This document shows positions 36,186 to 50,799 of a stretch of 64,000 nucleotides of DNA, piece after piece (within the stretch, counting starts at the first letter, position 1; the number at the start of each line of letters is the position of its first letter). A program made the position numbers and the translations under genes. The stretch lies in assembly GCF_009914755.1 (NCBI RefSeq), contig NC_060930.1; one strand, given 5' to 3'. This DNA comes from the human T2T-CHM13v2.0 reference genome, Homo sapiens. Below the pieces are notes generated by a model. The model searched no databases and was not told where the DNA came from. It saw only the letters and a list, made by a program, of their open reading frames with translations.

Positions 36186-36486
36186 ACTGTATTATTTTTC
36201 TTTTGAGACAAGGTCTTATTCTGTCACCCAAACTGGAATGCAGTGGCGTGATCACAACTCACTGCAGCTTCAACCTCCCTGGCTAAAGCAGTCCTCCCAC
36301 CCTCAGTTTCCCAAGTAGCTGGGACTACAGGGTGTGCCAGCACACCTGGCTAATTTTTAAATTTTTTGAAGAGACGAGATTTTGCCATGTTGCCCGGGCT
36401 GGCCTCAAACTCCTGGGCTCAAGTAATCCTCCTGCCTTAGCCTTTCAAAGTGCTAGGATTATAGACATGAGCCACTGCACCCAACC
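36186..36486 (-). mobile_element. AluJ
   Basis: Diverged dimer; TSD ACCAAGGTTATT / ACCAAGTTTATT. Confidence 0.9.
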
Positions 36487-36674
36487 ACCAAGTTTATTTT
36501 TAGTGGTTTAAAAGATGTTAAAATTGAAGTTTGAGGCATCTAAACCACAAATGCAGAACTAAGCTACTTGAAAAACAAGATTGTCTTCTTCATATTGCAA
36601 GTATTTCTAAAAACATATACCTATCAAATACATTGTACTTTATATGAAAAACGGCAGTACTGACACACTGCCAT

Positions 36675-37380
36675 CCATTCATTCATTCATCTAACCAACC
36701 ATTTACTGAACATCAGTGAAATAAGTACTGTGTGCCAAGTGCTAAAGATAAAGGGGTGAGCAAAACCAAACAATCCCCCGTGTATTTCCTAGAATCTAGT
36801 ATCTAATTACGCTTATAAGTATAATGGAGTAAAAGTAGGGGACACTATAAAGGGGACCTGTCTCCTTAAGGAAGTAATATTTAAATTAAGAACAAAAGGA
36901 TTATTAGCTAAGCTAGCTAAGCTGGGGAAACTGAAGCTTGTGCGTGTGTTTTCATTCTTAGAATGAAAGGTGGACAGGGAATAATAATGAGAGCAAGCCA
37001 TCATGGGTGAAGTGCAATCAGAGACTCTAGGGTTAGTAGGGGGTCAGATTAGGTAGGACCTTGAAGGTCATATTGACGATTTTCTATGTTGTCCTAATGG
37101 AAAACCCTTGAAGGGTTTTAAGCAAAGGAGTGCCAAGATCAGGAATGACCATTCATTCTAATTGCTCTATGGAGACTTGGGCAGTGGGGAATGGCAGAAT
37201 AAATGCAGGTAGACCAGACAGAAGATGAATAAAGTAGTCCAGAGACAGAGATGGTAGTCACTTGGACTATGTGATAGTGATACAGAAGCATGTCAACTCA
37301 AGATATATTCTGGAGGTAGAAGGAAACAGGCTAATAATTAATTAGATCACCAGAAGGGGTGAAGCCCAAGTTCTTGGCTT
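36675..37380 (-). mobile_element. L2 fragment
   Basis: (CATT)n L2 tail followed by TACTGTGTGCCAAGTGCT. Confidence 0.7.
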
Positions 37381-37974
37381 AAGAAACTTTCTATAGTCAG
37401 CCAAAAACTGAAAATTATTTCTAAAGCAGATCAATTATATCAATATATGACTCCCTATCCACAAAGTCTATGGGATTAGGAAAAGACTTATGACTAACTC
37501 TAGTAATATGTACAACCAAGTAACTGGGCTCATGGAGAGAGTAATTTAATGGTATTTGGGACAGGGGTAGTGGGAGAATGATGAGTTTTAAAGCCAAAAT
37601 TAATTGAGAAAGCAAGAGAACATTTAGTGGCTTTCCTTTTTTTCCCCCTTTCATTTTTTTCCTTACATTTCATTATTCTGTATGGCATATGCCCGCTTTA
37701 CCTATTTCAGCCTGAAGGATAAATCTTAGATTTACTTAATTGCTTTGTTCGCCTACATCGTTGCCATTCTCTATGCCCTGTAACTTCAGTCCACCTGACT
37801 TCTAGAATAGAGAGCCAGGGTAAACACAATATTCCTGGCATTTCACCTTCCAATGCCCCACAATTCATATGAAATGTCATCTTCTTTCTGTAGGAGACAG
37901 CATGGAAGAGGAAGACTCTGTCTTAAAAAAAAAAAAAAAAAAGGAAAGAAAGAAAGAAAAAAACAAAAAGAAAA

Positions 37975-38150
37975 GAATCTTAACCTGGAAGAGAAATTAA
38001 AACACCAAATAATTCATATCCGATTTTTGTAGATTAGCAAACTTACCTGAAAAAGCTAAGAAACTTCTCTAAGTTCACAAAATCAGTGGCAGAGATGAGA
38101 CTAGATTTTGTCTTCAGATTTTGCATCTATTGCTTGCTCTACTGTATTTT
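37975..38150 (-). mobile_element. MIR-family fragment
   Basis: Degenerate core (AAGTTCACA...AGTGGCAGAGATGAGACTAGA). Confidence 0.5.
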
Positions 38151-38164
38151 TGTCAGTATACATA

Positions 38165-38308
38165 TTTTAATTTTTTATTTCAAGTTTCTGGGGTACATGG
38201 ATAAGTGATTTGGTAGTGATTTCTGGGATTATGGTACACCCATCACCTGAGCAGTGTACACTGTACCCAGTATGTAGTCTTTTATCCCTCAGCCCCCTCC
38301 CACCCTCT
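38165..38308 (-). mobile_element. L1PB 3' terminal fragment
   Basis: Matches the L1PB 3' end at 20985-21130. Confidence 0.8.
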
Positions 38309-38320
38309 TAATCTGTTACT

Positions 38321-38457
38321 GTTTATTATTACTATTATTATTTTGTAGAGATGGGGTCTCCCTAACTTGCCTGCCCAGGCTGGTGTCGAACTCCTGAGCT
38401 CAAGCAATCCTCCTGCCTCAGCCTCCTATTAGAGATGTGAGCCACTATACCTGGCCT
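38321..38457 (-). mobile_element. FLAM / Alu left monomer
   Basis: TTTGTAGAGATGGGGTCTC...GAGCCACTATACCTGGCC; TGTTACTGT on both flanks. Confidence 0.8.
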
Positions 38458-38839
38458 TGTTACTGTATTTAAGTCTATTTTGTATTCTCGACAAATTGGC
38501 CTCCCAAATTTCACAATACCCTAAAAGATTTTCAATGGTATTTTGAAGCTCCAAATAATGTTCCTCAATTCCCAGATGACTACTTCCTTCAATAAATATT
38601 TACAGATTACATATTATGGTTAAAATATAGAAAGTGAAAGGAATAGAAAAGAAGTAAAATAGCTTCACCACCCAGCAGCTTACAAAATAATCAGGAAGCA
38701 AAAATATGTAACAGAAAATGTAAAACAATAAAAATGAACATATAGCTAAGGTCTAAAGTAGACTAAGGTAAATTATTATGCATGTAGAGAGAATGAAATC
38801 AAAACCAGCTAAAGAGGTTAAAGGAAGACAGTAATTTAG

Positions 38840-39020
38840 ACCTGTTCTGTCCAATAAATTAACCAGCTAGCCACAAGTTGCTAAATTAAAACGAAGTAAA
38901 TAATTTAAAAATCAGTTCCTCAGTCACACTAGCCACATTTCAAGTGCTCAATAGCCATACTGGACAGGGTAGTTACAGAACACTACCTTCACTGCAGAAA
39001 GTTGTACTGGACAGCACTGA
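38840..39020. mobile_element. MER3/MER33-like hAT-Charlie element
   Basis: TCAGTTCCTCAGTCACACTAGCCACATTTCAAGTGCTCAATAGCCA; inverted ends CTGTCCA / TGGACAG. Confidence 0.75.
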
Positions 39021-39193
39021 TGTCCATCACAAGTAAAACAGCAAGTTGAGAATAAGAGAGGAAAAATAAGGACACTTGCTTGAAAGGAAAACAGAAGCAG
39101 GAATAAAAGATTTTTTAAAAAAGCAATCAAATTGAAGATTTTGAACTTTGGTGGTCAACAAGGAACAAATAAGTTCCTTAAAAGGAGTAAAAG

Positions 39194-39482
<289 letters not shown>

Positions 39483-40399
39483 AAAAGAGTAAAAGAGGAC
39501 AAACATTTGATCTTAAAAAGATTTTAATGTGTATTATGGAGTAAATGTGGAATGACTAGAGAGAGTAAACCACTGGGTCATAGGGTATATATACACATAC
39601 ATACATACAGCTTTAGTAACTATTGTCAAATAGTTTTCAAAGTGCTTGAACTAATTTATACCCCCATCAGCAACTTACGAGAGTTCCAGCTGTTTGACAT
39701 TCTTGGTAACACTTGGTATCACACACTAGCAATTTGAGGATCCAAGCAAAACTAACCACATTTCATTCTAAAGTTTCATCTAGTCTACTAAAATTTTTAA
39801 TTTCCAAAATCTTTGGCCACAAATAACTATAATAAAATATTAAATGTATTACTCTTGATTGAATGCTTTCTAGGAAATAAACAAGGTGGAGATAAAAGCA
39901 TCCTACATGTTATAAAAACAATTATTTCCCACATTCTGTAATATAAGAATTCTATAAACTCAAGAATTCCAAGATTGGTCTAAACAATAGGATCAACAAA
40001 ATGCACACTTACATTCATTCATCTCTTGCACAAGTTTAATAAAGTAATAGTAATTTTTAAATACTACTTTATATTTGTAGACATACATGAAATCACAATA
40101 TTAATCACAATTTTGAGTGAACTTAAAAAACTTACAAAATCACCTCTATTATGTTTACTTTTTAGCTACTTCCTCAACTTTCTACTGTTTCTTAACATCA
40201 TAGATGAAAGAAAATTAAAAAATATAGAAAAAGTGGTAAGTATATTATTATCTTAGTTCTATTTCCCCACTGGACATGGAAATGCTATGCCAAATCAAAT
40301 CAGTGAGAAAAATCAACTTACATCTTATTTGGGTGTCACAACCATCCCATTATATGCACATATTATTATATATTTTTGTCCTTTTTAGAAAAAAAATAT

Positions 40400-42045
40400 A
40401 AACTTTATTGAGGTATAAGTGAAGCACAACATACAGCATGTGGCAGGCAGAATTCTAAGATGGCCGCATGATATCCAGTCCCTAGCACTATTCCTATGAT
40501 TATATTACATGTTAAGAGAGGTTTTAAAGATATAATTATGGTCAATTATCAGCTGACCTTAAAATTGGGAGATTATATGGGTGGGCTTAACCTAATCACA
40601 TGAGCCCTTTGAAAGTAGAGCTTTCTCCAGCTGACAACGGAGAAAGGAGGCAAAGATTTGAAGCATGAGGGAGATGTGGCAGCTACTGCTGGCTTAAAGA
40701 TGGAGGGAACCTGAAAGCAGTTCTAGGAGCTAGAAACCTTTTTCTGACACCCAGGGAGAAGACAGGAACCTGGAAACCAGGAACAATAATATTAAATCCA
40801 ACAAAAACTTACTCTGGTTAACTACTCTCCTTAAGTTGGGATTCTGTTATTATTTCATATATGTCTGTATTATCAAAATTCTTCTAAACTTTGATTTTGT
40901 CTTAGTCCAACAGAAACAATTCACAATACAATGAAGAATTATATCCATCAGGAAAAATAGAATCTGCCTCTGTACTTGTTAGATATTAAAAGAGAAGCTT
41001 AAGATTGTACAACTACCAGGAACTTGAATGAGCTTGCAAGGTGATTGTTCCCCAGAGCCAACAGAAAAGAAATGTAGCCGTCAGTGCCATGATTTTGGAC
41101 TTCTGAGTCCCTATGCAGAGAATCCAGCCAAGCCTATTCATACTTCTGACTTATAGGACTATAAGATAATTACTAGAGATGTTTTAGCCTGCTAAATGTG
41201 TGGTAATTCGTTAAGCAGTGATAGAAAACTAATGCATTGCACATACTGGTGTAAAATTTGATTAGGTTTATAACAGTTTTAACATGGCTTAATACTGTGA
41301 AATCATCACAATCATCCCCCAAATTTTCTCCTTTGTAATCCCTTCCTCCCCTCATGTTTCCAAGGACCACTGACCTGTCACCATAGATTAATTTGCTTGT
41401 TGAATTCTATATAAATGGATTCACAGAGTAGTAACTATTGTCTGCCTTCTTTTGTTCAGCCTAATGATTGAGATGATTGAGATTCATCCATGTTGTTGCA
41501 CTTGTTTATGGAAATTTGGGTAATATTCCGGTTTTGATTATTGTAAATAAAGTAACTTATGAACATTTTATACAAGTCTCTATGTGGATATGGTTTTGTT
41601 TTTCTTGGGTAAATACTTAGCAGTGGAACGGTTGGGTTATACGTTTAGCTTTGTAAAAAACTACAAAATTGCTTTCCAAAGCAGTTTAACCATTTTACAT
41701 TTCCACCAACAGAGTTCTAGGTGAAGATAGGGAGCCAGGAAATAATAATGGCAAAATAGTTTAACCAAATCTACTGTTCTGGTTTCTGTTCCAGTTTGAC
41801 CTTATGGCAGATAAAAATAACTAGCTGTACAATGTAATGATAAACTGACATTTTGAGTCCAAAAAGAAAGTTTAAGACTGATTTAATAAGAGCCCTAATA
41901 TTTAAAAGAAGCCATAGATTAAATCAATCTATGTTGATTTCTCACTGTATCCTCACCCAAACTTGGCATTGTCAACCTTTTTAATTTTAGTCAATCTACT
42001 GCATGTACAGTGGTATCTCATAATTTTAATTTGCATTTTTCTATC
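40400..42045 (-). mobile_element. Old L1M 3' region interrupted by MLT1 and by a templated insertion
   Basis: CTTTATTGAGGTATAA...GATTCATCCATGTTGTTGCA...GGTATCTCATAATTTTAATTTGCATTT. Confidence 0.7.
40439..41236 (+). mobile_element. MLT1E/F-like MaLR solo LTR
   Basis: Start TGTGGCAGGCAGAATTCTAAGATGGCC; end GTGGTAATTCGTTAAGCAGTGATAGAAAACTAATGCA. Confidence 0.8.
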
Positions 42046-43798
42046 CTGCTTAAAGCTAACACAAGACTGGACAAGGTGGCTCACATCTGTAATCCCACTT
42101 TGGGAGGCTGAGGTGGGAGGATCGCTTGAGCTCAGAAGTTCGAGACCAGCTTGGACAACATAGTAAAACCTGGTTTCTACAATGTGCTGCTACATTCCAG
42201 CCTGGGTGACACAAGATCCTGCCTCAAAAAAGAAAAAAAAAAAAGCCAACAATAGGAAAACTTGGATTTGTGTGTGTCTGGTAATTTGAGGTTTATGCTA
42301 TACGCCTGGATTTAAAAATACTCAATTAGAATGAATAGAATATTATAAAACATTTGATAAGAGGGACTGTGCTTGTATTTAAATGTGACAATAACATACC
42401 TAAGTTTGTTTTAAGTAGGGAGAAGAAGAGTTGAGGATACATTTGGAGTGAAAAATTAGAGGGATTTCTTTGAGTTCCAAAAGTAAATTTCAGGAGAAGT
42501 TGTGAACTCTCCTTTTCTATATCTGAAACCATGTTAGAGGAAGTGAGGTTCTACAAATTATTTGAATGACGGCAAGGAAGACGGACTCACAGGCAGAGAC
42601 TTAAGTCTCTTTTCTCTAAGTTTACTTTTTTCCAACATAATTCTCAATGTTTTTATTTTGTGGTCTATATACCTAATACAATACAATATCATATGGATTA
42701 CAACGATGTGAATGAACACTCCTAAAGAACATTCTGAAGTACCTAACAATATCATATGGAAACACAGGACTTAAAAACAGCTTTTAATATCAAAATGGAA
42801 GAGGATGAAGCAAGTAATTTATTGATTTCCTTTAGAAAAGAATTCTAAAGGTAATACCTAAAATATATTAATACAGGCATGGTTTGAGCCAGGACAGTAA
42901 TTGCGTATTATAAAAAAGTACCTTAAGAGAAAGATATAAATAGAAAGTTCCACAAAATTTCACTTGATTGAATTTCCATACAGAAGCAATGGGCATAAAA
43001 ATTGTTGTTCCCTAGACTTCACAATTTACCCATTATTATAAACATTTTAATAAACATGATTATGAAGATTATACACTTTTCTGTTGATTAATAAAATTAA
43101 CTATCCTAACTATACACCTGAATATAATTACCTTTGATTGATATTTTACTTTATATAGGAACAAACAAACACACCACAAATTTGGAAATATTGCAACGGA
43201 GTCATTTGAAGATTTTAAATATTTTTCAGCCATGGTTTATAACTTTATTGTACTAAAAAAAATCAGGGAATTTGGATAAAAATTGAAATGCAAAGACTAA
43301 AAGGATCCAAAGCCTGGATCTTATGTAAAGTTGTCCTTGGTGAAAGTCAGGCACATGTAAAAACTTCTGCTAAGAACATCCTAATGCCAAATAAGATATA
43401 AAAGGACATAATATGCTAAAAATATAAATGGGACAGCTAGTATTAATGAAATAGATACTTCTGAAAGAGATACCTTCACAGTGGAAGACTTCCAGCTAGG
43501 GCATTCAAAAGTAATGAACCACGTGCTCCTAATACCCTGAAATAATCAGACTCTTTACATATTTTCAGCTTTGTCTATAGAGTAAATCAATATAGATTTA
43601 CTTAATCTATAGTTCTCCCTAAGTATCAGGGCTCTTACTAATTCAGTAACTCTTAAGCATTATTTTTGGCCTCGATATACCAATATACCATCATAATGTA
43701 CACCTAAGTATGCTTTTTATCGGCTATAAGCACAAACTGGAACAGAAACTAAAAAGGTAGATTTGGTTAAACTATTTTGCCATTATCATTTCCTGGCT
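41733..43798. repeat. Dispersed inverted duplication: 41733-41940 versus 43584-43798
   Basis: Outer 42 nt are 41/42 complementary; the remainder is alignable but diverged. Confidence 0.88.
42066..42244 (+). mobile_element. AluJ with most of the right monomer deleted
   Basis: Left monomer joined to CATTCCAGCCTGGGTGACA and an A tail; TSD AAAGCTAACA / AAAGCCAACA. Confidence 0.85.
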
Positions 43799-43974
43799 TG
43801 GAATGAGATTAAGAGAGTTCTTTGAAAGCAAATCTAGGATCAATAGCTTAAAGTGATGAGAAGACATTTAATTTGAACAGAAAAAAAATCTTTTTATACC
43901 AGACATTTCCAATAAGGAAATTACTTGCCTCTAGAAGAGATTACAGGTAGGACTACATTATTTCTAAAGTGCCT

Positions 43975-47005
<3,031 letters not shown>

Positions 47006-48055
47006 CTAAAGTGCCTTCTTGTTTACAATCTTATATAAAAGGAGAATCTTAGGGAATGAGGAACCCTCACATGAGCTTCTTTGACCCCAAGATAAAATAA
47101 GTGAGTAATTCACTCAGGTGACTTGTCTGAGTCAATGTTAACTCCATAAGCATAGCAATTTTTTTTAAAAAAAGATATGATTCATGTTGGAGTTAAGAAT
47201 GAAGATTAGAACCAGCTACTATTCTATTTAGAATGGATGTCTACTTTCTTCCCTATCTAGCTCAATCCAATTAATCCTTCAATGTCCTGAATGAATCCTT
47301 CCTTTGCCATGAAAACCTTCTTGATAAACCCAGTTCATGGTGAGTTAGTCCTTCCTCTGAATTCAGAGTTCTATTTTTCTATGCTAGTAATTATTATTAT
47401 TAACCAAATAGCCATTTACTGCATTGTGATCTTTCTTGAATTGTTTCTTACACTATTTCAGTTTTCCATGCTTACATCTTGTCTATTCAGTCATACCATA
47501 AGCTCCCTGAAGACAGGGATCATATCTTACATTTCTCCGTATGTCCCATAGCAACTAACAGCATTTTGCGTTTTGACTATTCAGAATTAGTTGAATAAGA
47601 ACAGAAAATTACAGATTACTTTAAAAACTGGGGAAGGCAAATTCGGTAGATGCAAGCACAGGAAAAGAAAAAAGAGCAAATAAGTAAAAATAATACACAG
47701 GTTAGTAGCTAGAGTCAACCCTGCATTTGGAAAAAACACAAAAACGAAAACAAAAAACAGTCTGTTGAGTTAAAGACAGTAAGGTTCTAGACTAAGCTCC
47801 ATGCATACTTAAGGTGAGAACCATTGATGTAGGGGATAACCGTGTGACACTGCCAGAATCTGAGAAAAGGAACATTATCACTGAAGTGAAGTGACATTAC
47901 AATATTTTTTCCACACCTTTACTTTTATCTTTTGGCACCTGATAGGGGTCTTCAAATAGCAACTCCAACTGACACCAGACGGTACCTGTTGGAGCCTAAT
48001 GCCGGGCTATGGCCAGCAAACCAAATAAATATCACTATTCATGAGACACAGTTAG

Positions 48056-48371
48056 AAGTTAAGCATCCCTTATCTGAAATGCTTGGGACCAGAAGTGTTT
48101 CCAGTTTCAAAAATATCTGAATACTGCATACATGTAATGAGATCTCTTGGGGATAGGACCCAAGTTTAAACATGAAATTCATTTATGTTTCATATATACC
48201 TTATACACATGGCTTGAAGGTAACTTTATGTAACACTTTAAATAATTCTGTGCATTAAAGTGGTTTTAAGTACCTACACGTGAAATTTTCCACTTGTGGT
48301 ATCATGTTGGTGCTCAAAATGTTTCGGATTTTGGAACATTTCAGATTTTGGATTAGGGATGCTCAACCTAT
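48056..48371. mobile_element. Tigger4 (Zombi/MER46) derivative
   Basis: GTTAAGCATCCCTTATCTGAAATGCTTGGGACCAGAAGTG ... GATTAGGGATGCTCAACCT inverted ends. Confidence 0.8.
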
Positions 48372-49075
48372 ACCTTGGGAAGCATCTATTTCTTTAACAT
48401 AGCTCTAAAAGAACAATGGCTTCAGCAATTTTTCAACTCCTATTTAGTATTAAAATAACCTTTTACATTCAAAAATACCATCTTGAAAGTTTTATCTAGT
48501 TAGAATAAGTCTAATTTAAAAACAGAATATACACTTCCATCATACACAAAATTATATTAAAAATGTTAGTTATACTTGTTACATCACAGTAAAAAACAGT
48601 ATAGTAAGAAAAACAGCTGATTTAAAATCAAGTGTCTAATGAAAACTATGAGCAAGGAAGAATAATATGTTAGCTAACTGCTGGATGGACTAAAAAGAAT
48701 GGGAAAACGAGATATAGGACTCTTTTAAGAGCACTTATAATTTACCACTGAAGAATTGATGAGGATTCGGGTTTTAGACTGTTGGTAGTTGGAAACAAGA
48801 GAAGAAAAATCATTAGATACAGAATAAGAAAGGTTTTGAGCCTAGGAGAGTGTGCTACCTTTAACAGAAATGAGAAGCTGGTTCCAAATCTATTGTAAAA
48901 CCACCAACGTTTTCTAATCCTGTCCCTACACACTTAATTTTTAAATGCAGAAGATGCTTTCAAGACCAGTCCACTTTTATTAGTATATAACTTTTGAAGC
49001 AGAAATGAGAAGTAGCTTTAAATTGACACCTGCTATCAGGAGTTGCCATTGAGATACATTACTTCTTAATTTTAC

Positions 49076-49104
49076 CTTGAAGATTTTAACGATTTTGCAG
49101 CCAT
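49076..49104 (-). promoter_or_regulatory. uORF2 (MAAKSLKSSR*), whose stop lies in the next exon (TGA 16066-64)
   Basis: Strong Kozak GCTATGG at 49104; junction AG|G TGA. Confidence 0.6.
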
Positions 49105-49157
49105 AGCTTCCACTGCAACTTTACTCCAACAGCTATCATCAACAGTTGTTTTAACAT
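49086..49157 (-). promoter_or_regulatory. uORF1, 23 codons (MLKQLLMIAVGVKLQWKLWLQNR*)
   Basis: ATG at 49157 (AGCATGT), TAA at 49088-86, wholly within the UTR exon. Confidence 0.6.
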
Positions 49158-50799
49158 GCTGATTTCTCCAACACTGTTTAAAATTGAGAACAAAAATAAT
49201 ATCCAACATTTATTATTCCTTGTTTCTAATACTCAAAGAACCTACCTTTTTCTTTGAATAATTAGAACAATGAAACATGAGGCCTGAGGAGTAATTTAAG
49301 CTTAGCCAATTACTTTTAATTATAATAGGAAATGAGAGGATCAATATAGTAAAATCCTCATTAATCATATTCTACCAATTATGAATTTGAAATTATCTCG
49401 ATGAAATAAATGCAATTCTTGCTTACCCAGAAGTCTGAAACATTTTTTCATTAAAAAAAACTTTACCTATTGCTACTAAAGCCGTATCTGACTGGAAAAT
49501 CTTTAGCTGTTAAAACTCAGGCTCAATAAATCACAAAGTCCTTTCAAGATGTCTTCCTCTAACTTCTAAGTTCAGAAGATAAAAAAGCGGTATTCTAAAT
49601 TCATTAATTCAACAAATATTTTAAGTACCTTTTTACTTATGTTATAGTCTTTTACTCACGATGTACTGTTTAACTGTACTAAATAGTGTATTACATTTTC
49701 TACCAACTAACCTCATTTTACTCATTATCACCATCTTATTTAGAAGAAAACATATGTTCTTAGGAGGGAGGAACTAACTAGTCTAAAGTTTCATTTAACT
49801 AGCAATGAAACTCATCCAAAAATCCTACCAAATGTTGGATAAATTTGGCTATCCCTCTTTCTTCCACATATTGATCCCCCGAATAAGCTTATTATACTCA
49901 CATGAGCCTCTTAGATAGCAGTGGACCATTCTTCAGTTAAGAGTACCTTATTTTACCAGATTAAACTTTACTTGTCCAGATATTTTTACATGGTCAAGAT
50001 ATGTGAGACCTCATTTATCGCACTGTATTATGTTTTCCCTGAAGAAAACTGATAGTATATGTTGCTTTCTATAGCTTTTTTAAAAAACTAAATAGGAATC
50101 ACCCATTCCTTGCCATTCAGCAAAAAACTGGGGAGAAATTATACCTTTTACAATGAATTATTACAATGATGTTTACATTCCAGATTTCTCACTTACTATG
50201 ATGAACCATGTTACTTTGCACTTTATGAACAAGCTACATGAAAGGAAGAACCAAGGCCCAGCCTTAACCTGACCTCTATGAAAGGACCACAATTTCAGCA
50301 AGAACCTAATCCCTATAGAAAGTATTCAAATAATATGATTACCCACATATGCAAATAAAGAAAAGAGGTCTAACACAAAACAAAATGGAGGACTTTGTTA
50401 TCACCAAATGAGTTTAAATAAATCTAAAGTTTATTATTAAGCAATTTTGAAAGCGTACGAGTCGTAAAATTCAGAATTCTATCTGTATCACTGATATATC
50501 TGAAGTACAAACTGGGCACTTCAGTGAATATATTTTAAGAAAATACATTCAATGTACTTTTCAAAGAGTAAAAATAATACAAACATATCAAGTATTAATA
50601 CTTAAGAATAAAAAACTTTGTTTTTGGGGACAGGTCCTAGAATATAGACAAATTCTGCTTCTCCTCTCCTACTGTTTGGTAGACTCTTCTGAGAGTCGAC
50701 TCTGACCTAATCACAACTTAACTTTTTCATTATTCAGCATTCTCAAAACAAGCAAGATATAAATTAAGATTTGTCACGCAGACAACGTATTTCTTGCTT

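Larger units (their letters stand above)
49076..49173 (-). other. WASF1: WASF1 non-coding 5'UTR exon (98 nt)
   Basis: Acceptor TTTTTGTTCTCAATTTTAAACAG, donor AAG|GTAAAA; the joined sequence ...AATCTTCAAG|GTGAACTGGCACAAAGG matches my recollection of the WASF1 mRNA leader. Confidence 0.85.
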
